From Clostridiales bacterium (lineage in GTDB: Bacteria > Bacillota > Clostridia > Oscillospirales > Oscillospiraceae), in contig JAJQAS010000223.1 in the NCBI GenBank assembly GCA_021203685.1, forward strand, positions 7,207 through 56,971: a stretch of 49,765 nt of DNA, read 5' to 3'. Positions within the stretch are counted from its first letter, which is position 1. Every line of letters starts with the position of its first letter. The translations under genes and the position numbers were made by a program. This document shows, in pieces, positions 1-9,022 of the stretch. The notes beneath the pieces are model-generated. The model was not told the origin of the DNA. It worked only from the letters and a program-made list of their open reading frames with translations, and did no database searches.

Positions 1-729
1 GACCTGTGCCAGATCTACACCGACGTGGACGGCGTGTACACCGCCGACCCCAACAAGGTGGAGGGCGCCTGCAAGCTGGACGAGATCACTTACGATGAGA
101 TGCTGGAGCTGGCAACTCTGGGCGCAAAGGTGCTGCACAACCGCAGCGTGGAAATGGCCAAGCGCTATAACGTCAGGCTGGAAGTGCTGTCCAGCTTCAC
201 CGGCAACCCCGGAACTAAAGTCAAAGAGGTCGTGAAAAAGATGGAAAACTCTCATGTCAGTGGCGTCGCTAAGGACAAAGACATCGCCCGCCTGGCCCTG
301 GTGGGCTTGAAGAACGAGCCGGGCGTGGCCTTCCGCGTCTTCTCCCTGTTGTCCAACCGGAAGATCAACGTGGACATCATCCTCCAGTCCATTGGTCGTG
401 ACGACCAGAAGGACATCTCTTTCACGGTCAGCCGGGGCGACCTGGAGCTGGCCAAGACCCTGCTGGAGGAGCGCAAGGACACCCTGAACTATGAAAGCCT
501 GGAGATCAACGACCACGTGGCCAAGGTCTCCATCGTGGGCGCGGGCATGATCGGCAGCCCCGGCGTGGCTGCCAAGATGTTCGAGGCCCTGTACGATGCG
601 GGCATCAACATCAACATGATCTCAACCTCCGAGATCAAGGTCTCCGTCCTGGTGGACGAGATGGACGCAGACCGGGCGGTGCAGACCATCCACGACAAGT
701 TCTTCCGGGACTTCAACCGGAGACGGTAA
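1..729 (+). CDS. lysC: Aspartate kinase, C-terminal part (5'-truncated by window edge), with two ACT domains
   Basis: Frame open from base 1 (DLCQIYTDVDGVYTADP...); motifs EMLELATLGAKVLH, VSIVGAGM, INMISTSEIKVS are typical of aspartokinase. Confidence 0.95.
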   Translation, partial: DLCQIYTDVDGVYTADPNKVEGACKLDEITYDEMLELATLGAKVLHNRSVEMAKRYNVRLEVLSSFTGNPGTKVKEVVKKMENSHVSGVAKDKDIARLALVGLKNEPGVAFRVFSLLSNRKINVDIILQSIGRDDQKDISFTVSRGDLELAKTLLEERKDTLNYESLEINDHVAKVSIVGAGMIGSPGVAAKMFEALYDAGININMISTSEIKVSVLVDEMDADRAVQTIHDKFFRDFNRRR

Positions 730-737
730 CAGAACAT

Positions 738-769
738 ACAGGGGAGCGGGCATTCGCTCCCCTGTTATT
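738..769 (+). terminator. Probable intrinsic terminator after lysC
   Basis: Stem ACAGGGGAGCG / CGCTCCCCTGT followed by TATT. Confidence 0.55.
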
Positions 770-826
770 GCATTGTGCGGAAGAATATCATAAAACCTGT
801 TTTTCTTAAAAAGGAAGGATACCAGC

Positions 827-2140
827 ATGAACACCGAACTTGACACCACAAAAGCCCTGCTCCGCTTTATCGAGCAAAGCCCCACGGCCTACCACGCCGT
901 CCGCAGCCTGAAAGAGCTGCTGACCGGTTACACCCCCCTGAACGAGGCGGAGGACTGGAACATCCAGCCCGGCGGGCGGTACTACGTCACCCGCAACGGT
1001 TCCTCGCTGCTGGCGTTCCGGTTGCCGGTGAAGCCCATCCGGGGCTTCCAGATGGCGGCGGCCCACAGTGACTGCCCCGTGTTCAAAATCAAGGCCAACG
1101 GGGAGATGATGGTGGAAAACCACTACGTCAAGCTCAACGTGGAGAAGTACGGCGGGATGTTGTGCGCCCCCTGGCTGGACCGGCCCCTGTCCATCGCCGG
1201 GCGGGTGGTGGTCCGGGAGGGGGACAAGCTGGTGTCCCGGCTGGTGGACCTGAAACGGGACGTGGCCCTCATCCCCAATCTGGCCATCCACATGAACCGT
1301 GGGGCCAACGAAGGGACCTCCTACAACGCTCAGGTGGATCTGCTGCCCCTGTTCGGCGGCAAGGACGCCGCCGGGACGCTGCTGCCGCTGGTGGCGGCCT
1401 CCGCCGGGGCGGAGCCGGAGGACATTCTGGGAGCGGATCTGTTTCTCTACAACCGGATGCCGGGGACCATCTGGGGCGCGGCAAACGAGTTCGTCTCCAC
1501 CCGCTCTCTGGACGATTTGCAATGCGCCTGGGCGCTGACCCAGGGCTTTTTGCAGGCGGAGGACCAGGAAGACAGGGTAACGCTGTGCGCAATCTTTGAC
1601 AACGAGGAGGTGGGCAGCGGCACCAAGCAGGGGGCGCTCTCCACGCTGTTGGCGGACACCATCGGGCGCATTTGGGAATCCACCGGGCACAGCGGCAGCG
1701 CTCTCCGGCAGGCGCTTGCCAACAGCTTTCTCGTCAGCGCGGACAACGGCCACGCCGTCCACCCCAACCACCCGGAGAAGGCCGACCCTACCAACCGGCC
1801 GTATCTCAACGAGGGCGTGGTCATCAAGTACAACGCCAACCAGAAATACACCACCGACGGGGTCTCCGAGGCGGTGTTCAAAACGGTCTGCGACCGGGCG
1901 GGGGTGCCCTGGCAGACCTACTGCAACCGCTCGGACATCCCCGGCGGCTCCACCCTGGGCAACCTGGCAAACCAGCACGTCTCCCTGAACACCGTGGATA
2001 TCGGCCTGGCCCAGCTCGCCATGCACTCCCCTTATGAGACTGGCGGCGTCCGGGACACCGGGTATCTGGTGCGGGCCATGCAAGCCTATTTCTCCGCCGC
2101 GGTGGAGGCCCAGGCGGATGGGGTGTATTTGGTGAAGTGA
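827..2140 (+). CDS. M18 family (aspartyl-type) aminopeptidase
   Basis: SPTAYHAV, AHSDCP, VEKYGG..W.DRPLSIAGRV, DNEEVGS, SADNGHAVHPN, GGSTLG, LAMHS motifs; RBS AGGA upstream. Confidence 0.92.
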   Translation: MNTELDTTKALLRFIEQSPTAYHAVRSLKELLTGYTPLNEAEDWNIQPGGRYYVTRNGSSLLAFRLPVKPIRGFQMAAAHSDCPVFKIKANGEMMVENHYVKLNVEKYGGMLCAPWLDRPLSIAGRVVVREGDKLVSRLVDLKRDVALIPNLAIHMNRGANEGTSYNAQVDLLPLFGGKDAAGTLLPLVAASAGAEPEDILGADLFLYNRMPGTIWGAANEFVSTRSLDDLQCAWALTQGFLQAEDQEDRVTLCAIFDNEEVGSGTKQGALSTLLADTIGRIWESTGHSGSALRQALANSFLVSADNGHAVHPNHPEKADPTNRPYLNEGVVIKYNANQKYTTDGVSEAVFKTVCDRAGVPWQTYCNRSDIPGGSTLGNLANQHVSLNTVDIGLAQLAMHSPYETGGVRDTGYLVRAMQAYFSAAVEAQADGVYLVK

Positions 2141-2180
2141 TAGGTAACGGAGGGGTTTTCCGCTGAATGCAGTGTAAAGG

Positions 2181-2209
2181 TTGATTTCAACGGAAAAGTA
2201 TGGTATTAT
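2181..2209 (+). promoter_or_regulatory. SigmaA-type promoter for candidate sRNA
   Basis: TTGATT (2181-2186), 17-bp spacer, TG-n-TATTAT extended -10 (2204-2209); no + strand ORF follows. Confidence 0.6.
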
Positions 2210-2215
2210 AACACC

Positions 2216-2362
2216 GGTCATCTGAGGTGGTCAATTTCGTGGCATCCACACGCCGCTGGTACTGACAAGGGAAACCTGAGAGATGCAGGAGAACGCCACG
2301 CCTGCCAGATGACTGAACCCTATCAGGGAGGGAGCCGCAGCGATGCGGTTCCTTCCCTTTTT
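2216..2362 (+). ncRNA. Candidate structured small RNA (family not recognised)
   Basis: Own promoter; 5' GTCATCTG (2217-2224) pairs with CAGATGAC (2306-2313); CGTGGC/GCCACG inner stem; AGG-GAAA-CCT tetraloop; ends in a 14-bp GCGA-capped hairpin plus U-run. Confidence 0.5.
2326..2362 (+). terminator. Intrinsic terminator, + strand
   Basis: GGGAGGGAGCCGCA-GCGA-TGCGGTTCCTTCCC-TTTTT; two G-U pairs fix the strand as +. Confidence 0.85.
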
Positions 2363-2366
2363 GCGC

Positions 2367-2402
2367 AAAAAAGCGGCAGACAGAGAAAATCCTGTCTGCC
2401 GT
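2367..2402 (-). terminator. Intrinsic terminator of glnS
   Basis: Stem CGGCAGACAG / CTGTCTGCCG preceded on + by AAAAAA (U-run on the - strand). Confidence 0.75.
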
Positions 2403-2454
2403 TGCAATTTTTTCTGATATGCGCCCCAAAACCGGGGCATAGAGAGGCTTTTCC

Positions 2455-4143
<1,689 letters not shown>

Positions 4144-4335
4144 GGGGCATCACTCCTCAAGTTGTCAGGGATTAGCGGCAGGGGAGGGGTCTACTGCCGC
4201 CGTCGATTCTATTATTATAACCCGGTTCTTCCAAAAAGCAAGTATTTGGCCCCAAAGTTGTGGAAAATTGGGGGATACCCGGTTGTCCTCGTCTGGAAAT
4301 TGTGAAATACGGCGAAATGGGTTATAGGAAAAGAT

Positions 4336-4839
4336 TTATGCAGTGACCTTCAACAGGTCCTGTCCTGGCTCCACCGCGCCGGAGGCCACCAGCTCCACCC
4401 CCGCCAGCTCGCCGCTGTTGGTGACGGCTGTGATGACCACTGCGGAGTGTCCGGCAGCTTTGATCTTGTCCAGGTCCATGGTCAGCAGCAGCTGGCCCTT
4501 CTTGACCTTGTCGCCCTCCCGGACCTTTGCGGCGAAGCCGTCGCCGTTCATGTCGTAGGTGTCCACGCCGATGTGGATGAGCAGGTTGACCCCCTCGGCG
4601 GTGGTCATGCTGAGGGCGTGGAAAGAGGAGTGCAGCTGCGTGATGGTGCCGTCGGCGGGGGCGTAGACCTTGCCCTCGGTGGGGTCGATGCCGCAGCACT
4701 GGCCCATGGCTCCGCCGGAGAAGGCCGGGTCGGGGACGGCGTCCATGGCCAGCGCCATGCCCTTGGCGTCGGCGGTCAGCACACAGGACTGGACCGTGGG
4801 TTTGTCATCCTGTTTCTTAAAAAGGTCGAAGAATCCCAT
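4336..4839 (-). CDS. crr: Free-standing PTS glucose-family EIIA component
   Basis: VPDPAFS..MG, APADG, LLIHIGVDT (phospho-His), V..GD.V..GQ.L; amphipathic N-terminus MGFFDLFKK; RBS AAGGAG. Confidence 0.88.
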   Translation of the reverse strand: MGFFDLFKKQDDKPTVQSCVLTADAKGMALAMDAVPDPAFSGGAMGQCCGIDPTEGKVYAPADGTITQLHSSFHALSMTTAEGVNLLIHIGVDTYDMNGDGFAAKVREGDKVKKGQLLLTMDLDKIKAAGHSAVVITAVTNSGELAGVELVASGAVEPGQDLLKVTA

Positions 4840-5006
4840 AAGTAATCGCTCCTTGTCAAAGATACGCAGGTTGTCCCGTTTACATCAGTCTCATCCGCGA
4901 TGCCGAGCTTCCAGCTGGCAAGGCATTCTGTAGGTCTGCGCAGCAGCGCGCAGACTTTGCGCGGTGAGCTGAGAAAAGGGGACACAAAAATAGAGATACC
5001 ACTCTT

Positions 5007-5035
5007 ATTTTACCCGAGAATTGCGCCGGTGTCTA
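5007..5035 (-). promoter_or_regulatory. Putative sigmaA promoter of the EIIA gene
   Basis: TAGACA, 17 bp, TAAAAT on the - strand, implying a ~160-nt leader. Confidence 0.5.
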
Positions 5036-5280
5036 TCTTTTTTTCATCTCAGCCGCAAATATTCAAAAAGAAGCGCCAGGAAATGGAGGGCGAGCTCTGC
5101 CAGATGCTGATAAAAGAAACAGGCGACCGGTTTTTGAAGCAAAACGCAAATGACAGGTGCGCAGTTTTGTGTGTTAAGAATCAGGCATTGGAGGGCATAT
5201 TCGGACGTACCGCAAAAGCTTCAGGAGCCGGGAGCAAATTGATTTCTGTCACTTTTCAACGTCAAACCCCGCAAAAAGCA

Positions 5281-5319
5281 AAAGAAAACTCTGGTTTGAA
5301 GTAACTTCAAACCAGAGTT
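5281..5319 (-). terminator. Terminator of tRNA-Gln
   Basis: 15-bp perfect stem AACTCTGGTTTGAAG / CTTCAAACCAGAGTT with an A-rich run on its left, directly after the tRNA CCA. Confidence 0.8.
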
Positions 5320-5323
5320 CATC

Positions 5324-5397
5324 TGGCAGCGGGAGAAGGATTCGAACCCTCACATACAGAGTCAGAGTCTGCTGTGCTACCCTTACACAATCCCGCT
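5324..5397 (-). tRNA. tRNA-Gln (anticodon CTG)
   Basis: Minus strand AGCGGGA...GCAGA-CT-CTG-AC-TCTGT...GGTTCGAATCC...TCCCGCT-G-CCA: acceptor stem, T-loop and encoded CCA present. Confidence 0.96.
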
Positions 5398-5440
5398 GTG
5401 TCTTGTTGACTGCCAGCTGCCTAGCTCATCAACAAGTGCT

Positions 5441-5469
5441 ATTATACTCATGGGCGGGGCTGTTGTCAA
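5441..5469 (-). promoter_or_regulatory. Consensus sigmaA promoter of tRNA-Gln
   Basis: TTGACA, 17 bp, TATAAT (perfect consensus) on the - strand. Confidence 0.88.
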
Positions 5470-5515
5470 GCGTTTTTTTCGCCCGAAACAACTTTTTTTC
5501 TGGCCGTTTGGAAGC

Positions 5516-6895
5516 TCAGTCCTGAGCGGAAGCCAACCGCTCCGCCACCTGGTACAGATTGCCCGCGCCCACAGTCAAAATCAGGTCGCCGGGTTGGGCC
5601 AGCTCCTTCAGCCGCCGCTCTACATCGTCGAAGGTGGGGCAATACTCTCCGTGAGGAATCCTGCTGGCCAGGTCTTTGGACGAGATGCCCAGAGTGTCCG
5701 TCTCTCGGGCGGCGTAAACCTCGGTCAGCAGGGTGATATCCGCATTGCTCAGTTCCTGGACGAAGTCCGGGAAAAATGCCTTGGTGCGGGTGTAGGTGTG
5801 GGGCTGGAAGGCGCAGATCACCCGGTCATAGCCCAGGGTTTTGGCGGTCTCCAGCAACATATGCAGTTCACCGGGGTGGTGGGCGTAGTCGTCGTAGATT
5901 TTGGCCCCGTGGTACTCGCCCTTGTACTCGAAGCGGCGCTCCGCCCCGTGGTACTGGTTCAGCCCCTGGGAAATGGCGGTGGGCGGCACTCCCATGGCTA
6001 GGGCGGCGGCGGCAGCCGCCAGGGCGTTTTTCAGGTTGTGCAAACCTGGGACGCTCAGTTCCACCCGTCCCGCTTTTTTCCCGTCCTGCATCAGGTCAAA
6101 GCTGGCCACCCCCCGGTTCCAGGAAAGGGCGTCACAGTAGACGTCCGCATAGCTGCCCAGGCCGAATGTCAGGATGGTGCGGTTCAGCCCATCCAGGGTG
6201 TCCATGGTGTTGCGGTCATCGGCGTTGGCGATGACTACGCCGTCCTCCGGCACCAGGCTGGCGAAAATGCGGAAGGAGTGTTCAATGTCGGTCACGTCTT
6301 TGAAGAAGTCCAGGTGGTCGGCCTCAATGTCCAAAATCACCGCGATGGTGGGGCGGAAGGACAGGAAGGAGTTGCAATATTCGCAGCTCTCCAGAATGAT
6401 GGTGTCACCCTCGCCCACCCGATAACCGCTGCCCAGCAGGGGCAGGTTGCCGCCGATCATCACCGTGGGGTCCAGCCCCGCTGCCATCAGGATGTGGGTA
6501 CACATGGAGGTGGTGGTGGTCTTGCCGTGGGTGCCGGAGACGCAGAGGGCGTGCTTGTAGTCCTGCATCAGTGCGCCCCAGCCCTGGGAGCGCTCAAAGA
6601 CGGGAATACCGTTGGCTCTGGCAGCAGCGATCTCCGGGTTGTCGTCGTGGACGGCGGCGGTGCGGATGACCAGTTCAGCGCCCTCCACGTTTTCCGGGTG
6701 GTGACCCATGTAGACGGGCACACCTTCGGCCTTGAGCTTGCGGACGTTGGCGCTCTCCCTGGCGTCGCTGCCGGTGATGACGATCCCCTTGCCCCGCAGC
6801 ACCTCGGCCAGGGGAAACATGGACACGCCGCCGATCCCCACCAGATGGACCCGCCGCCCGGGGGTGAGCAGGGCCTTCAATTCGTTTACGGTCAT
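5516..6895 (-). CDS. murC: UDP-N-acetylmuramate--L-alanine ligase
   Basis: HLVGIGGVSM, SGTHGKTTTT, ESCEY, DHLD, GAERRFE, DDYAHHP, FQPHTYTRT, GAG; start placed at ATG 6895 after AGGAGG. Confidence 0.95.
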   Translation of the reverse strand: MTVNELKALLTPGRRVHLVGIGGVSMFPLAEVLRGKGIVITGSDARESANVRKLKAEGVPVYMGHHPENVEGAELVIRTAAVHDDNPEIAAARANGIPVFERSQGWGALMQDYKHALCVSGTHGKTTTTSMCTHILMAAGLDPTVMIGGNLPLLGSGYRVGEGDTIILESCEYCNSFLSFRPTIAVILDIEADHLDFFKDVTDIEHSFRIFASLVPEDGVVIANADDRNTMDTLDGLNRTILTFGLGSYADVYCDALSWNRGVASFDLMQDGKKAGRVELSVPGLHNLKNALAAAAAALAMGVPPTAISQGLNQYHGAERRFEYKGEYHGAKIYDDYAHHPGELHMLLETAKTLGYDRVICAFQPHTYTRTKAFFPDFVQELSNADITLLTEVYAARETDTLGISSKDLASRIPHGEYCPTFDDVERRLKELAQPGDLILTVGAGNLYQVAERLASAQD

Positions 6896-6979
6896 AAAAA
6901 CCGGCCTCCTGTATCTCAATTCCAAAACGGCGCAGACCGCCGTAAAATAAAAAGCAACACCAGACTTGCATTGAGAATC

Positions 6980-7008
6980 ATTATAATTCATATCTATCCG
7001 CTTGACAA
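6980..7008 (-). promoter_or_regulatory. Putative sigmaA promoter of murC
   Basis: TTGTCA, 17 bp, TATAAT on the - strand. Confidence 0.65.
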
Positions 7009-7211
7009 GGGAAAAATGCTGCTATTTGTCGGAGTCCCTCCTCCATCTGTCAGCAAAAGGAATCTTTCGCCGCCTACAGCTCCTGCCTGCGGCGACGTTT
7101 GCTGATGGTGAACAGAAACAGCCGGAGACAAATCCAAAGGATACGTCTCCGGCTGTTATTGCTGTGGGACCGCTGCTTGCCTGGGGCAGGGCCATCAGTT
7201 GTTTTGTCGTG

Positions 7212-7382
7212 TTAGCGTGTGACTTTTTTCAGTTTACTGCCGACCATTATAAACCCGATTCCGGAAAGCAGTGCGGCAGTCGCGCCTACGATACAGGCAA
7301 TTCCAATGTCGCCAATCATCATCATGCCCAGCAGGACCCCAATGATTCCGACAAGAAGTAGCAAAATCCCGATTACTTTCAT
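7212..7382 (-). CDS. Small (56 aa) hydrophobic membrane protein, not in the ORF track
   Basis: GAGGTG RBS then MKVIGILLLLVGIIGVLLGMMMIGDIGIACIVGATAALLSGIGFIMVGSKLKKVTR*; two hydrophobic segments and a basic tail; 27 bp after the lipoprotein stop. Confidence 0.75.
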   Translation of the reverse strand: MKVIGILLLLVGIIGVLLGMMMIGDIGIACIVGATAALLSGIGFIMVGSKLKKVTR

Positions 7383-7409
7383 CGCATATCACCTCAGAAT
7401 ATCGTTGAT

Positions 7410-8357
7410 TTAGGGATTTAACGTTACGGTTTCATCAACGAAATAGTCACCAGCCCAGTCTTCGTTGTCATATGCGGTCAACTGAAATTCGATTGCTTCA
7501 ACCTCCGAGATTCCGTTCTCCTCCAACTCGTCCTCGTACCACGACATGGATCCAAAAGCACAGCATCCGGCTGGAACTGATTCAGCATAAAACGGGTCTA
7601 TCATATAGCCATTCACAGAGGCGTCGTTTACGCTGAACATCACTTCTGTCTCGGTTTTATTCTCCAAATAAAGGTTGACGGTGTATCCCCAGATGTCATC
7701 GTATTCATAGCCCGTAACAATGACGGATACCTCATCGTTGTCAACGATTAAAGTGTCAGTATCCAGCGATTCCCGCACAAACGCAATGGCGTTTTCTTCT
7801 CCATAGGGATACACATGGACGGTTTCGTATGCCACGTCATCTTCAGACCAGTCATCGCTGTTGTAGACGCGGAACGTCAATGCAATATCAGTGTAATCAA
7901 CGACCCCATTTTCTTCAAGTGTGCTGTCCGAAAAACTGATCTCTTCATTGGCTTTTTTTCCTGCGGCCACTTCGGACGCGAACAGCGGGTCGCTGGCAAC
8001 GCCATTCACCGATGCGCTTACAACGGAGAACATATACGTTTTTTCTGACGACTTGTTTTCCAGTTCCGCATTGACGGTGTAACCCCACATATTGTCAGGA
8101 TCTATGCCAGTGAGCTTAATGACACACTCATCGTTGTCTACCACGACCAATTCTTCAAAGGTGACTTCCTGCTGTGCGTCGGCAGTTGCCGTGTCCTCGT
8201 TTTCCGCTGTAGTGGTGTCAGATGTTTCGCCTTCCTCCGCTTCATCATAGGAACTGACGGAAGCAGATTGGGTGTCCGAAGATGCAGAACTGCTCTCACA
8301 GGCAGCGAGGGAGAACACCAGCGCAAGTGACAGGAACAGGGCTAAAATCTTTTTCAT
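7410..8357 (-). CDS. Acidic lipoprotein with two tandem homologous domains
   Basis: MKKILALFLSLALVFSLAAC lipobox; RBS GGAGG; repeated pattern VDNDE...WGYTVN..LENK...MFSV..ASVNG...DP. Confidence 0.85.
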   Translation of the reverse strand: MKKILALFLSLALVFSLAACESSSASSDTQSASVSSYDEAEEGETSDTTTAENEDTATADAQQEVTFEELVVVDNDECVIKLTGIDPDNMWGYTVNAELENKSSEKTYMFSVVSASVNGVASDPLFASEVAAGKKANEEISFSDSTLEENGVVDYTDIALTFRVYNSDDWSEDDVAYETVHVYPYGEENAIAFVRESLDTDTLIVDNDEVSVIVTGYEYDDIWGYTVNLYLENKTETEVMFSVNDASVNGYMIDPFYAESVPAGCCAFGSMSWYEDELEENGISEVEAIEFQLTAYDNEDWAGDYFVDETVTLNP

Positions 8358-8479
8358 TGCATATTCCTCCTTTGGATGTTTTTTGCATCCATCGTTTCGA
8401 GGAAAGCATAGCATTTCGTATAAGAAAAGACAACCCCCCAAAATGGGGGGAAATCACAGGTTACAGCGGGAAAATCGGG

Positions 8480-8950
8480 TCAATCCACATAGGAAACGCT
8501 TTTCAGAGGTTCCATCTCGTGGGCGAGGAGAAGCTCGTTCACCTGCGCGATCTCATACATCTCCCGGTTCAGGGCGATCATCAGAACGGCGTCTCTGGGG
8601 ACCTTTGGATACAGCTCCGACATCCCGTAGAGCTTCAGCGCCCGCTGGGCCTCCTTCAAGGTGAGCTTCGAGGCGAAACACAGCCGGAGGATATAATCCC
8701 GCTGTCTGGTGTTTTTCTCCTGGGTCAGCAGCCGGTAGCCGTACCGATCGGACAGCTCAGCGCGCTCGAAGACCTCCCGCTGGGTCAGTTTTTTCCGCCT
8801 GATGAGGGTGCGCATATAGCGGGAGAAGGGATGCTCCTCCAAAATCAGGCTGCTTTGATAGGCGTCAAAGTAGTCGTCGATGCTTTCCGGGTCTAACCGC
8901 TCCAGCACCCGCTCCAGGGCGTCGGTGGAGTTTTGTTCTGTTTGCTTCAT
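8480..8950 (-). CDS. Putative XRE-like HTH DNA-binding protein
   Basis: RKKLTQREVFERAELSDRYGYRLL..R..RDYILRLCFASKLTLKEAQRALKLYG resembles clostridial XRE-like HTH domains; RBS GAGGA. Confidence 0.65.
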   Translation of the reverse strand: MKQTEQNSTDALERVLERLDPESIDDYFDAYQSSLILEEHPFSRYMRTLIRRKKLTQREVFERAELSDRYGYRLLTQEKNTRQRDYILRLCFASKLTLKEAQRALKLYGMSELYPKVPRDAVLMIALNREMYEIAQVNELLLAHEMEPLKSVSYVD

Positions 8951-9022
8951 GGTTTTCTCTTTTCTCCTCTGTGAAAAAGTGCTATACTAAACGGGGAAAG
9001 GCTTTGCCGCGGGGGTGATACA

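Noticed and set aside
2312-2345. SRP RNA-like stretch (TGAACCCTATCAGGGAGGGAGCCGCAGC)
   Set aside because: Lacks the invariant CAGGTCCGGAAGGAAGCAG core and is fully explained by the terminator stem
4144-4260. T-box leader upstream of glnS
   Set aside because: Leader is short, with no T-box consensus (AAGGTGGNACC) and no terminator
4905-4965. c-di-GMP-I (GEMM) riboswitch-like words on the - strand (GCGCAAA...GCCAGCTG)
   Set aside because: No GAAA tetraloop, no receptor and no second GCAAA junction; resemblance too weak to call
4900-5304. 134-aa + strand ORF between the EIIA gene and the tRNA
   Set aside because: No RBS or recognisable motif; overlaps the EIIA promoter/leader and the tRNA terminator
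5324-5397. tRNA-Gln as an island integration site
   Set aside because: No integrase and no duplicated tRNA 3' end in the window; flanks are housekeeping genes
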